Source of the DNA: Octopus bimaculoides
Lineage: Eukaryota
Reading direction: 5' to 3'
Assembly (NCBI RefSeq): GCF_001194135.2
Contig: NC_068981.1
Coordinates: forward strand, 96,559,582-96,623,581
DNA: 64,000 nt
The translations under genes were made by a program, and so were the position numbers. Below, piece by piece: positions 1 to 13,594 of this stretch. The first letter of the stretch is position 1. The number at the start of each line of letters is the position of its first letter. Below the pieces are notes generated by a model. The model was not told the origin of the DNA and searched no databases. It saw only the letters and a program-made list of their open reading frames with translations.

Positions 1-211
1 CGACGAGCTGCCACCAGTAATCGAACTAAAGGACTTGGAGCTTTTTATGAGATATTAAAAAGAAGGAGAAAAAAAAGAGTAAAATTGTTTTGAAAAAAAA
101 AAGGAACAAAAAAGAGGGGAAAAAAAGTAAAAGTGTTTTGTGTTAAAAAAAAAAAAGGAGAAAAAAAACAGATAATTAAGAAAAAAACAATAGAAAAAGT
201 GTCATTGCATT

Positions 212-265
212 TAGAACAGTCACTTGTGCAGTCCCTTGTCATATAGAACAGTCACTTGTGCAGTC
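212..265. repeat. 22-bp direct repeat, period 32
   Basis: tagaacagtcacttgtgcagtc at 212-233 and 244-265. Confidence 0.9.
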
Positions 266-1906
266 TGTTCATGTGTTCAAATGTTTTGGCAGTGGCTGCA
301 GTAGTGTTGAACAAGAGGGATTCAGAAATACAAGAAAGATGGTGACCCAGCTCAGAATTCTGATCTCAAGTGGTAAAGCTGCAGCTATTTTACTAGTTTA
401 TAAGTATGTGTATGATAAGTGAACTTACATTTTTAATGGTGTTCTTATTTAACCTCAGGCCAGCCTTGGTCAAGCAGACTTATGATCAAAGCATTCCAGC
501 TATCACCATCTTTTTCTCACAGCAAACTACCTTATTTAATGAATCCTTTTTTTAATTTATTTATTTAAGATAGCAGATAGTGATTTGAGAGAGATTTAGC
601 TGCTATTTCAAGTAGATTGAGCGCCCATGTAGGGGCTCTATTACTGACTTCATATTGTAGTAGTATTGTTGTTGATGTTTAAGGCACTGGTATTTGATTG
701 AACACTACATTTTTTTCAAGATCCATTTAGGCTCAGGAGAGTGCACAAGCTAATGAATGGTACTGTCCCATCTTAATTTGAAGAGATGTGAAAATACTAA
801 TTCAAATTTAAACATTTTATTGATTATACAAAAACCAAATTCATATATACATAATAATGTATATAGCTTTACAGAAAAATTTCAGTCATTATCAACGTTT
901 ATAGGGAAGAACCTACATTGCCAGAGAAACCTGTATCTAAAGGTGAAAAGTCCTGCATTTTATGAGAATGCCTTCACAAAATATAGAAAATAAGGTGTGG
1001 AGGAACGGAGCCACTGATTCTGATCAACATTCCTTCGCTAACACAAACAAGTAAGAGAAAATATCTTCTGCTCGGATAAAGAACTAGAAAGTTGGAAAAG
1101 CTAACGAAAGATGAAAACCAGAAGGAAGAAAATTATCTGGAAAGGTAAATTTTCGGTGGTTTTCGGTAAAAGACGGAAAAGGGCGGAACCAAAATAATGA
1201 AACGAAGCTGTTCCAACACAGTATTTTATATATAGGTAGAAATCAATCGATACAGTTGAATAAAAAGTTAGTCTGACTGCTTCTGAAAACAATGTTTAAG
1301 TCAATGATAGTTTTATCAAACATGTTACACGCAACCCTTCTGACAAAATATATGTCAACATGACTTACCATCTAGATTATCATGCAACACATGTGGATTT
1401 TAGATAAGGGAGAAAGAAGTGTGATTTTGGTGGTAGTGTAAACGAAACGGGTTCAATCATTTAACTGTGATCAGCTTATTAAAGAGGATCTTCAGTAACG
1501 GTTCTAAAGTAAAAATAAACACAATTAAGTCTATTTTACCATTAAGAAAACAAAAGGAAAAGAAAAATGACGTGTAGTGTATTAATACAAAACGCGCGCG
1601 CGCGCGCGCTTCCGCACAATTACCCTTAGCCAAATCCCACTCGCAAGGCATTGACAGCGTTAACAGGTGAGGTAAGAATTTGTGAGAATCCAAGATTATA
1701 AAGATATTATGGTGTGAAATATCAATCAAAAGAAATTGCAGCTTGGTGAGACAAATTAGAAAAAAAAAAAAAAAAGATCGGCCGTGTGTGAATTGATAAA
1801 ATTATTGAAACAAACAAACCCTGAAAGTAATTTATTAAATCTAAAGTAACATTATGATGTTATAAACTGAACGCTTAACTACCTCTTCGTGATTAATTAA
1901 GTTGAT

Positions 1907-2278
1907 GAAGGTGTGGCTGTATGGTAAGAAGTTTGCTTCCCAACAACATGGTTCCAGGTTCAATTCTGTTGCGCGATACCTTGGGCAAGTTTTTTTTTCT
2001 ACTATTGCACCGGCTCAACCAAAGCCTTGTGTGTGGAAACTGAAAAGAAGTCCGTCGTAAAATATATAGACCTGTATGTTTGTCCCCCACTTCGCTTGAT
2101 AACCGATGTTGTTTTGTTTACGTCCCCGTAACTTAACGGTCCGGCATAAGGAGCCGATAGAATAAGTGGTAGGCTTTAAAAAATAAGTACCGATGGGGTC
2201 GATTCGTTCGACTAAAACCCTTCAAGGCGGTGCTCTAGCATGGCCACAGTCCAATGACCGAAAGAAGTAAAAGATAAA
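1907..2278 (+). mobile_element. tRNA-derived SINE, main family
   Basis: Head gtgtggctgtatggtaagaag...ggttccaggttcaattc; tail gcatggccacagtccaatgaccgaaagaagtaaaagataaa; homologous to 12829-13238. Confidence 0.85.
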
Positions 2279-5200
2279 GGGTAACAAACGAGAAAGTACA
2301 TTTTATTACCCCAAAATGACGAAGTTTGTGTAATCGTAATAAGAAACGCAAAAGAGTATATTGAAATCTATAGATAACAAAAAATATCCCTTTAAACTAA
2401 ATGAAATATCCCTTGTCCTATGCGGGTTTGCGATGGGCAGTTCCACTCAGTTCTTCGTCAATTTATCTTTTGAAGTAAAATTTTGCACACTCTAACTACA
2501 CATATTTACTTTTTAAAATGATTGATATAATTAATCTACTCCTAACATTTTAATATCTAATCTAATTACCGCGCAGAAAATCTATTTGGCCTAACGCAGC
2601 CAGGATTACCATTAACTATCAACCTTAACGATCCAAGGACTAATCTACATAAGATCTAAATGCTTTTTCACCTTCCTCTATGCAGTTTTTCTCAGTTTAA
2701 GCCCGACTACAATCCAACAAAGCAGCAACTTACATAAAATCAATTCTCTAAAAGACAACGTGAGAGAAAACAATATTGTTTATATTCGATATCAATTAAG
2801 ATTCCTACCCCTACATGACAGAGTAAACAATGTGTTGCCCACCGCCAAAAAAACTGGCAGGTTTTTTTTAACAGTTTCCATCTGAAAGGTTACTAATACC
2901 ACAAATATAACGAGAGTTGAGATATAAAAATAAAAAAAAGAAACGGTTATAGAAGTTGGCTTAATTATTCTTTCTTTTGATATCAACCTTTTCTATCTTA
3001 ATCCTACTAGAGCAGATTAAAATCATAGTTTACAAGACAATTCGTTTGATACAGCGTTTTGCCTTCATTTATTATTATAGTCCATCAGATGTTTCCAGAA
3101 AGGTCGGATCAATTTCGTGAGAGAAACATTCAGTAACTAACGCTATGTCTTTAAAGAAAGAAAAAAAAAGTGAACCACGAGATGGATTTAGCACAGACCT
3201 CACTCTTCCATCAAGTAATTTGACAGTTATTTAACTGCAGCCGTACACCACCCCACCCGCCAAAGCTGTACTTCATAATAATGGTACATCCTCCGACATC
3301 TCACTGCAGTTTCACTAGATAAAGTACATATCTTTTATCTTTTACTTGTTTCACTGTGCTGGAGGGTTTTAGTCGAACAAATCGACCCCAAGACTTATTT
3401 CTAAAACCTAGTATTTATTCTATCGGTCTCTTGCCAAACCGTTAAGTGACAGGGATGCAAACACACCAACACCGGTTGTCAAGCAGTGGTGGACACACAC
3501 ACATACATACGACGGGCTTCTTTCAGTTTCCGTCTACCAAATCCACTCACAAGGCTTTGGTCGGCCCGAGGCTATAAGTAGAAGACACTTGCCCAATGTG
3601 TCACACTGTGGGACTGAACCTGGAACCATGTAGCTGGGTAGTAGAGGATTTTCCACTACTGTTGATAGTAGCAGTACACAATAACAATATTGCTTATTTG
3701 TTTTTTGCCTTTACTAATTCCTGATATATAATGGATTACATTTTGAACAGCGGCTCAAGATAAACTAAGAAAATATGTCATTGAGGTAACAAATGCGATA
3801 TGCACATACAAATCTATCTGCGCAATAGTTAATCTGAAAATTTACCATAGTATTTTGAGGGATTTTGGAACATTCATGCCTTTTGCATGGCATTAGCTTC
3901 CTAAGTGAAATATGGTCCCAACTGGGAACAGAAACCGCGTCGCTCACACACTGATTTAAATACTACCACAAAGCAACAAATTGGGTTGCATCGACTTACG
4001 TAAATATCTGACACAGGTTCAAGAAACTGAGCAGGAATGATAAAAAATGACATCGGGTGGATATGATCCAAAAGTCGCCGGGTCAAAAAAAAAAAAGTAT
4101 CTGGAATATACCAGATCGATTCAACTGGCTACGTATGTGGCCGTGTTAAAAAAAAACAATTAATAAACAATGTATGAACGCATTAATGGAGATGGAATAA
4201 GCTATAATCGATACAACGTGCCGCCACATCAGACAAGAAAGGCAATCATTATTTACTACTAAGCTTCAGATGTCAACATAGGTTGCAGAGGTGCAATAGA
4301 AAAAAAAAGCTATTTTCATTAAACAAGTCAACTTTGCCTTTCATGTTTCTAAGATCGACAAAATAAAGTACCAATCGAATACTGATCGATATAATTAAGT
4401 ATACCTCGCCTCCAAAATTGAGGCCTTGTGCCTATTGCTAGAAATCAATATTTTCATCGGTAATTATGAAAATTAATTTAGGGCGTGTCTCAGCCTTTCA
4501 CGAGTTTGTCGGTAAGCAAACGAAAGAAATTTCTTTATTGTCGCTGGAAATGCTAGAAATAACAGCCAAAATAAGATAATGTCTCAAAAACACGAAAAAA
4601 TGGAACGGTCATGACTGGTACTTTTGATCATAGGTTAGCTCAAGCAACACTGTCGAAATGTTAGCAAATAAATCGCTAAGTAAAAAGGTCAAGCTGAAAT
4701 AGGAAACACTAATGGAAGTCGTGTTCACAGCTAAGATCTAGTCTCTAAGATTTGCTAGAATTAACCAAATCTTCAAATTATTCTGTGACTATAAAAAGAA
4801 AGAAAAACATTAAAAAGTAACCTTACAAAACAACCAACACATGAAAACTAGATTGAATGGTCGCGACTTAAATGCTCGTTGAACGACAAATATCTGGAGA
4901 GAAGAAAAAAAACGTATAAACATCAAGCTAGGAAAAAATGTCAAAAAGAAGGAGCATCCAAGCACAGAATTCGCAAACAAACAGAACAAGCCTCCTCATT
5001 ATAGTCCACAAATCTGTTTTGATGCACGTCACTAGAGTCGAAGAACAGGCAGCAACTGTAAATATCAGAACCTACATATTTATACGATGGACAGTGGAGG
5101 GAGTGCGAACTGCAGTCAAAACTATAGGAAAACGATGATCTAATACGGCGCAACAGATCGAGTGGAAAGCCCGTAATCATTCGACAAACGATCCAATGCG

Positions 5201-6610
5201 TAGTTGCTTGACCTACTATAAATAGTAACCAAATCAGAGCCTACTGTTTTAATAACAAAAAAACAAAAAAAATATTGGTCTTAGATACAGTGAATACGAG
5301 GGAAAAATAGGTTGATCGTGATACAGTGGACACCAAAAATGTGTTGGTCACACCTTTCATCAAAAGCCTGCTCGATAGGAACTAACCCGTGGCTAAAACA
5401 CAACAGTCGGCATACGTGTCACAGGTCAGTTAGACGATGGCTGACCGCACTACACAATGATAGATCCCCTACATAGTAATTGAAACTGCTAGAAACAGAA
5501 GCCAAACCGCCCTCAAGTGAGATCCTACTATCTTAAAATGGAACGCTGGATAATGTAGTCGTGGTTATATGCTTGTATAAAGGTGGGGATGACCATGGTT
5601 GGAATGTTTTTGATGATAGGTTTGCAAAATCAGGAGTGACTTGGGGACTAATCAACAACTAGAGCATTCCATTTAACGAACTACTGTTACTATAAGTTCA
5701 CTACTTCTGCGTGTTCTAGTCGATAGTTTGACTGAAGCGACTACGTTTGACCTAAAACACAAAACAGGATGAACTAGTCACTCTCCGCATGTACCAACAT
5801 GTGACGAAATTTTCACTTCAATTGTTTCTCACTTCACCAATTTATAAATACTAAATACTATTTTCCCTTCACCTCGCCTTCCTATGACTACAACCCTTAC
5901 TTGTCACCACCCTATCTTCCACAGGCTGCAACAAGTAAACTGACAAACACATGTTTACATTTCAACAAGCATGCCAAACCCATTTTTCACTCTTCAAACT
6001 CAGCGTGACATAATACGGTCTCTTTGGCATATATATCAGGCGTTGAGGACGCGAGTTTGCGTCTAGGGAGAGGAATACAGAGAGAAATGGGGAGTGGGGT
6101 CTAAATAGCGTGTGAATTGAAAAAGTGTATGTATGTATGTGTATGAGTGTAGGCCTACTTGCACATGTGTGGCCCCGCGTGAGTTTGTTTCCTCATAACT
6201 TATTTCTAAATGAAATTTTCTATACTTTGCTGATGTTGTATATTACGATTATATCGGAATTTTAAAATATTCATTTTTCTGAAAGTTACGAGGAAACAAA
6301 GTCGATAGAGGAGCACACTAGTGTAGGCTTATTTCCCCCACCTTTCTCTCATATATATTTATACACACACACACACACATATCTGCCTTTCGTAAATATT
6401 ACGGACTGTATATTTAATATAATGTACATGTCTGAATAGCCCAAGAGCGGATTTCTTTGCTCAGCTGGGTCTAATTGTCTACATACACTGCATGAATATC
6501 ATTCGGCCGGTACGTGTGTACCAAGTTTGATATTTACATAATATTGTTGTGTATATATTGTTCCGACCTAATGAGGTGCCTCAATTTAAGTACCTAATTC
6601 AACTGAATCT

Positions 6611-6642
<32 letters not shown>

Positions 6643-6857
6643 NNNNNNNNNNNNNNNNNNNNNNNNNNNNNNNNNNNNNNNNNNNNNNNNNNNNNNNNNN
6701 NNNNNNNNNNNNNNNNNNNNNNNNNNNNNNNNNNNNNNNNNNNNNNNNNNNNNNNNNNNNNNNNNNNNNNNNNNNNNNNNNNNNNNNNNNNNNNNNNNNN
6801 NNNNNNNNNNNNNNNNNNNNNNNNNNNNNNNNNNNNNNNNNNNNNNNNNNNNNNNNN
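6643..6857. other. Assembly gap (N run)
   Basis: Other N runs at about 9383-9392, 10149-10227 and 19172-19314; true gap sizes unknown. Confidence 0.97.
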
Positions 6858-7857
6858 ATCTTAAAAAATAGAGCTCAAAATCGATGCATTGAAGATACTT
6901 TATTGCAGCAACAATTATAATAGCAGAAACAACAACAATAAGCCAAACCTATGCACATAGACTTTTTATACGCATATTTTTATATATTGTAATTGTGGGC
7001 TCAACGTGCGCGTGTAATGGTATTAATAAAGCAGGATGTTTATAGAAGAATAAATGTATTACAATAAAATAAAGATACACTAAATTCTTATTTTACCATG
7101 TTCTAATTGTTTATAAAAGCGAAAACCCCAATCCACGCGTGTGATAAAGTTTAAAATAAACTACACTCTGAATTGTTACTGCTGTAATTAATGTGGGACT
7201 AATAAGTTGTATGGGGAAACAGATGTAACGTTACCATACACGCTGTAGGAATTATGATAAACAGATTTTTAACAGCTCATAGAACGCTTTCATTCCGAAA
7301 ATATAATTTAAGTTCCATTAGATTTCTCCTTTACAAGCACATAAATATTATTTGCTCTCTCTCTCTCTCTCTCCCATACGATCGCTAAATATGACATCGT
7401 CAGTCGAACCAGATAATACAGTGCCTGTCATTAGCGTAGGCAATATGTGTTTTTTGTGAGGTCCGGGGATGGAAAACGGAAGGGCCGCCCCGGGTGGCAC
7501 ACACTCTAGCTACACTAGTGGTATCGGTACTTATTGTTGTTGATGTTAGGCCACAGGTATGCCCAAATCGAGTAGACATATTAGTGGTATCACCATTTTA
7601 TTAAGACATTCTAGAGTTGGTAAGTTGGCAGAATCGTCAGAACATCGGGAAAATGCCCTGCGGCATTTCTTCCATCTCTTTATGTTCTGATTTCGAATCC
7701 CACCGAGCTGAACTTTGCCTTTCATCTCATCGTGATCGATACACTAAACGAAGTTGCTGGTCCTATCAGACCTGTCATCAGATTTTGGTGCCTGAGAGAA
7801 TTTCAGAATATTCCGGGTGGGCACTAATTTATATTGCGGGAAGATTTTTGTAAACTA

Positions 7858-8065
7858 CAGGGTGTCCACAAAGTCTGGATACATGGAGTAAATAAAAACA
7901 TAAGCAATTAAATATAAGAAATAACAATTTCTTAACGTATGTGTTAATCCCCATGTGGGTACATGGGAGTAAATAAAATCATAACATAGACAATTAAATA
8001 TAAGAAATAATAATTTCTTAAAGTACGTGTTAATCCCCGTGTACCCAGATTTCGTGGACACCCTG
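7858..8065. mobile_element. Tc1/mariner-type MITE (208 bp)
   Basis: TA|cagggtgtccacaaagtctggatacatgg ... ccgtgtacccagatttcgtggacaccctg|TA; the interior is a two-copy tandem repeat of ~85 bp. Confidence 0.85.
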
Positions 8066-9549
8066 TATATTTTCTAAATCTGAAGGTGTACCACTGAATA
8101 GTGAAGGTGCAGTGCTGTCCAGTGTCCCCTTACCAATGGGCATTGATCCTGTGCCTAAATTATAAATCATCATTTAGACGTGCCCTACTTGTTAAATTAC
8201 CGTGAAACTATTACACAAATACGTGAACCCTAATGCAATTCTGGAACCGATGTTACTTGATATAATGTAACAAAGCTGGCCCTTTAAATTACAACAAACA
8301 AAATCCATCCGCCGAGCTTCCAGTTTCCGCCTACCCTAATTATACAAGATGTACCAAGAAGTACAATATGCATTGCGTCCATAACTTCGGGAACAGTAGG
8401 TGTAGGAGGTGCACTTGCACTTCCTAAAACTTTTGCGGGGCAATGAAACGTTTGAGCATCCTCTTTAAAAACTTCATCACCAAAACGAACGAGTATAGAA
8501 ATATTTTTGGACTGATTTGAAATATTACTTTTCCATTATTGGATTTATCTGATTTGATTGATGTACAAATATAATAATCCTTCCTACTATAGGCACAAAG
8601 CCCGAAATCAGCGGGTAGGGGACAAATCGATTACATCGACCCAGAAGGATGAAAGGCAAAGTCGACCTGTGTTTTGATATTAAGATTGAAAACAAATCGA
8701 CCTTATTCGTAAAAAATTTTGGAGTAGGGTTTGCAGCCCCTAAGCAAATTTTGTTGCTGCACCTATGATAAGTCAGTTTTAAGATGGAGGGTATGATATA
8801 AAAGAGAATTAGCTGCTATTTCTAACAGATCGAATAACTATTTAGTCTTATAGGATGTAGTAAAATTTGTGTTAAAGAAATGTGAAGCAATAATATTGTC
8901 TTAAGATTTGTAAAAACGATACATGCCCTCCTGCTAGTAACACCATACATATGACCTTTGCCGTGAGTTATATACATAAATGGATTCAGAATGAGGTTGA
9001 TATAAAACATCTAAGACGATATAAGGGTTGTTGGGGGAATGAAATAGAAAGTACGTAAACGATCAATATATAATTAAGCTGGGGTTATAACCGTGGGTGT
9101 ATGTGTATGCATGCTCCAGTTAGGTACCAAGTAGGCTCAAATGAAGCAAACCTCTGATCAAAGTCATTTCACACATCATTATTTTTGCTTCAGACAGTCA
9201 ATATGGTAGAGTGTATTTGAGGGAGATTTAGTTATTATTTCTAACAGGTCGAGCGGACACGTACAGTCACCTTCGCTGACTCGCTTTCTAAGCATTTAAA
9301 TGTTAATGTGGACGTTTGAATAAATAGAATAAATGTCAACAAACAAAGACACACGTTTATATCCAATATATATATATATATANNNNNNNNNNGATTCTGC
9401 GGTACACGTGTTTCAAGCTTTATAGTTGTTACATACATACATACGTACACAAACACACACACACAGTGCGATGGGTAAATTGTCGCCAATTTATATTTCC
9501 AATATCACACATGCGCATTGTTTGTTTTTTATTTTATCGACTACACAGT

Positions 9550-9830
9550 ACGGTAGGGTCATTGGGTACCGCCTGTGAGAAAAAAAAGTACCATGACACA
9601 ATTCACTCTGCCAGTTTGTTGGAAACGACATACTGTACAGCTTGGCATTCATGCTGGAAGCTCCAATATGAACATTTCAGAGTGTTTGGCTGTCAATGTG
9701 AGGACATGTACCAAGAGTGATAAAAATCAAACATCCAGTCAACATCATGGTGTTTGGAGTGATCATTAGTTATGCCTCAATTCATCTTCCCACACAGCCT
9801 CAGACTCAACACAGAGGCCTATATCAACTA
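9550..9830 (+). mobile_element. Internally deleted Tc1/mariner (maT/DD37D-like) transposase remnant
   Basis: N-terminal WKRHTVQLGIHAGSSNMNISECLAVNVRT is joined directly to KHPVNIMVFGVI...FIFPHSLRLNTEAYIN, then cut by the RTE copy. Subfamily call is tentative. Confidence 0.6.
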
Positions 9831-11273
9831 CTTCTAGTTTTTCTCCCTGGAGTGTGGCAAAGGTTGTTTTCTGCACATTTTCAATGTTTATTGCTCCTGA
9901 GCATCTGCCATATACAAAAACTAATTTCCTAGTTGACCTTCCTTTGATATTGCTGCACCTCTTATGTGTCCATAGCTTACACAGGGTACATCTTATGGAG
10001 TTTCTACCTACGCCTTTTCTACAGATCGAGCAGGGCCATCTACCTGAAGGGGTTTGTGTTTTGTCTACTTTCCTACTTATTAGAACTTTGGTTTTAGCTA
10101 GGTTGACTCTAAGGCCCTTCGATTCTAGTCCTTGCTTCCACATCTGAANNNNNNNNNNNNNNNNNNNNNNNNNNNNNNNNNNNNNNNNNNNNNNNNNNNN
10201 NNNNNNNNNNNNNNNNNNNNNNNNNNNACCCGGAATTCTTCACTGTACTCATTGCCAACCCTCACCTTACTGATAGCGTCCTTGTACATGGCTTGCACAG
10301 CTCTCACTAACCACTCATCTACCCCTAGTTTCCTCATTGACCACCAGATAAGGAATCAGGGGACCCTGTCAAAGGCTTTCTCCGTGTCAACGAAAGCCAG
10401 GTACAGAGGTTTATCTTTGGCTAGGTATTTCTCCTGCAGCTGTCTTACCAGAAATATAGCATCAGTGGTGCTTTTCTCTAGAATGAACCCAAACTGCATC
10501 TCATCTAAACTGACTCTCTCCCTAATTAGTTGGGCTATGACCCTCTCAGTGACTTTCATTACCTGGTCCAACAACTTGATACCTCTGTAATTATTTGTGT
10601 CTAAACCATTACCTTTACCTTTGTAGCAGTTGACTATGGTGCTGCTACACTAGTCATTGGGTATGACTCCTTCATGTATCACCTGGTTAACTATACGGGT
10701 GACTAGGCTATAGCCGACACTGCCAGATATTTTGAGCATCTCTGCAGTGATTCTCGATGGGCCGGGGGCTTTCCCTGTCTTCATACTCTTGATCGCTTTA
10801 TCTACCAAGGTACTGTCAATTAGGATAGCTGGTCCCTCTGTTGGGCTGACATGCAGCAGTCTCTCTTTCTCCCATTCATTCTATTTATTAAGCAACCTTT
10901 CATAGTGGTGTCTCCAAACCTCTCTCTTTGCAGCCTCGTTTAGTGCAGTGAGCCATCATCCATGCGGATACATTTCTCTCCTATGACATCACGATTCTCT
11001 CTCACACACTGTCTTGCAACACAAAATACTTCAAGTCTTTGATTCTCACGGCGCAGAACATTGGCAAATTTTTTCTGATCTGCTTCTCCTCTGGCTAAGT
11101 AAACCTGTCTCCTAGCTTCCCTTCTGGCAGTCTGATATAATTCCCTGCTACCTCTGTTCTTCCAGCCCTTCCAAGCCTGTTTCTTTTGTCTAATAGCCCT
11201 GTCAACTACATTGTTCCACCACCACATTACTTTGGGTTGAGAGGGGACTTTGCACCAACCACAGATCTGGTCG

Positions 11274-11275
<2 letters not shown>
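9822..11275 (-). mobile_element. RTE-clade LINE fragment (RT domain), spans N gap
   Basis: Peptides LDQVMKVTERVIAQLIRERVSLDEMQFGF...LAFVDTEKAFDRVP and MWKQGLESKGLRVNLAKTKVLIS; near-identical to the copy at 23.5-25.9 kb. Confidence 0.92.
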
Positions 11276-11326
<51 letters not shown>

Positions 11327-12387
11327 GTCATCCCATAAATAAGGCAGTTTTTTCAATTGCATGAACTAAAAGTAGGAAAGGAACAGGATATACTAGCTGC
11401 ATCAATTTGCTATAAAAGGAGGTAGTAATTTCCCCATGTCCTTATTCTTAGTGGAAGTTTTGAAGAGTGCAGTTTGATTTTAACTTATTTTTACAAAGCC
11501 ATTTTGTAAGTAACAAAGAAGCATATTCAGCATATTTTGCTTTATGAGTTCAATAAAGGCAACAACGCAATGGAAAGTGCGAAGAATATTAATGCAGTAT
11601 ACAGGAATCAGACAATAAGCTTATGCCAATGTCAACAGTGGTTCCAGAAACTCTGAGCCAGAAACCACAGCCTAGAAGATGAGCCTTGTCCTGGAAGATC
11701 TTTAGAGCTCAACAAGGATGTCCTGCAAACTCTGGTGTAACAAAATCCCATTGTAACTTTTGAGAAACTAGCAGAGAAGCTTGGATTTGGTCATTCAACC
11801 ATTCATCGACACCTGTGTCCCATCAGAGAAGTCATCAAATAGAGTCAATGGGGTCCTCACAAATTTTCTGAGTCTAATTACGTGCAGAGAGTGAATGTGT
11901 GCTCCTTGCTGCTGTCACATCTCACGAATGAACCTGTTTTGAACCGAATAGTAACTGGTGATGAGAAATGGGTTCTCTATAAAAATGTCAAGCACCGAAG
12001 AGAGTGAGTAGGGAAAGGAGAAACACAAGCACTCCAGGTTAAAGAAGGTCATTACCTATGTAAGATGTTGTTACCTGTTTGGTGGGATATGAAAGGTTTA
12101 GTCCACTTTGAACTTTTAAGCCTAAACCAAACAATAATAAAAGAGATCTACTGCAAGCAGCTTAAGTCAGTGTTAGAAGAAAAATGACCATCTTTGGTTT
12201 TAAGACAAAAGGTGTTCTTCCATCAGGATAATGCATGGCCACATACAGCGAGGATGACATTCCAAAGGCTAGAGCAGTTTAAATTGGAAACGATGCTCCA
12301 CCCACCTGATTATCATCTATTCTGCAGTCTTCAAAATCATTTGGACAGAAAAAATATGAATTCTGTAGATGAGGTCAGAACAGTACT

Positions 12388-13594
12388 ATTCTCTTTATCA
12401 TTGGCATAAAGCCATGTTATACAGAGTGTACAGTGGCACAATACAAAAGACGCACATGGGGAATATAAAATGAAAATGAATGATTTATGAATTATTAATT
12501 AATGGTGATGAAATGGCTTCCCACCCACCAAAGCGGAAAGTTCCATTTTACTGTTCTAACTGTTCAGTATTTATCATGATTTATTACAATTATATTTTAC
12601 CTTGTTTTAGTCTTCCTCCCAAAAAATCCAATTCCGCAAAGTCTATTACAGTTGGCATGTCATGTATTGCACTTTAATTGCCATACATTCAATTTTTTCA
12701 CCAAATCTTTCCTTCAATTTTGTCGCTTTTCCATCGTCCAGCAGTACTGCTATGGTGTTTTCGTCTGACATTCTGACTCTTGCAACACCTTTCATCTTTG
12801 TTACCTGTTTTTCTATCTCTCTCTCTCTTTTACTTGTTTCAGTCATTTGACTGTGGCCATGCTGGAGCATCGCCTTTAGTCGAGCAAATCGACCCCATGA
12901 CCTATTCTTTGTAAGCCTGGTACTTATTCTATCGATCTCTTTTGCCGAACCGCTAAGTTACAGGGACGTAAACACACCAGCATCGGTTGTCAAGCGATGT
13001 TGGAGGAACAAACACAGACACATAAACACACACACACACACACACATACATATATATATACATATACATATATACGACGGGCTTCTTTCAGTTTCCATCT
13101 ACCAAATCCACTCACAAGGCTTCGGTCGGCCTGAGGCTATAGTAGAAGACACTTGCCCCAGGTGCCATGCAGTGGGACTGAACCCGGAACCATGTGGTTG
13201 GTAAGCAAGCTACTTACCACACAGCCACTTCTACACCTAAAACGATATGCATTTTTTTAATACAACTATTCTTTTTTCATATTTTCCTGTTGGTATCTTC
13301 CCTGACTCTGTTCTTCTTTCCGGTCGTTCTTGCTGTTTCTCCTCATTTTTGCTTGTGGAAGGTTCTGGTTCTGGTTCTAGCGCTTGACGTGGTGTTGCTT
13401 CATTCTCTCTCTTTTCCTTTGCTGCTTTTCTTTTCTTTTTGGGTGGTGACTCACCCTTTCCTTCACTCTCAGTTTCAGCTACTGCTATTTCCTTTTCCAC
13501 TACTGTACTTTTCTCCTCCTCCTGACACTCCTCTGTCACTTGTTCTTGTCTCTGGGGGCACTTTGCTCTTATGTGCCACCTTATACTGCAACCA
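12388..13594 (-). mobile_element. TSD-flanked insertion encoding a Gag/ORF1-like peptide only
   Basis: aggtcagaacagtact is duplicated at 12372-12387 and 13595-13610, and the mariner reading frame resumes across it (DEVRTVL|AEYFSS). The minus-strand ORF is interrupted by a SINE. Confidence 0.75.
12829..13238 (-). mobile_element. tRNA-derived SINE, main octopus family (well-preserved full copy)
   Basis: tRNA-like head (gtggctgtgtggtaag...ggttccgggttcagtccc), central (CA/TA) microsatellite and tail ...gcatggccacagtcaaatgactgaaacaagtaaaagagaga. Other copies at about 1907-2278(+), 3332-3640(-), 18710-19018(-), 44305-44480(+), 46675-46825(-), 47045-47412(-), 48262-48645(-), 55605-56095(+), 57785-58200(-), 59050-59220(+) and 63085-63235(-). 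Confidence 0.9.

Noticed and set aside
2-58. Frame DELPPVIELKDLELFMRY* at the window start, possibly the end of a plus-strand CDS
   Set aside because: Only 18 codons, no recognisable family, and the upstream context is outside the window.
8300-8540. Open minus-strand frame (ILVRFGDEVFKED...SAPPTPTVPEVM)
   Set aside because: Lies within what looks like a CATAGG-type MITE (about 8379-8768); no splice support or homology.
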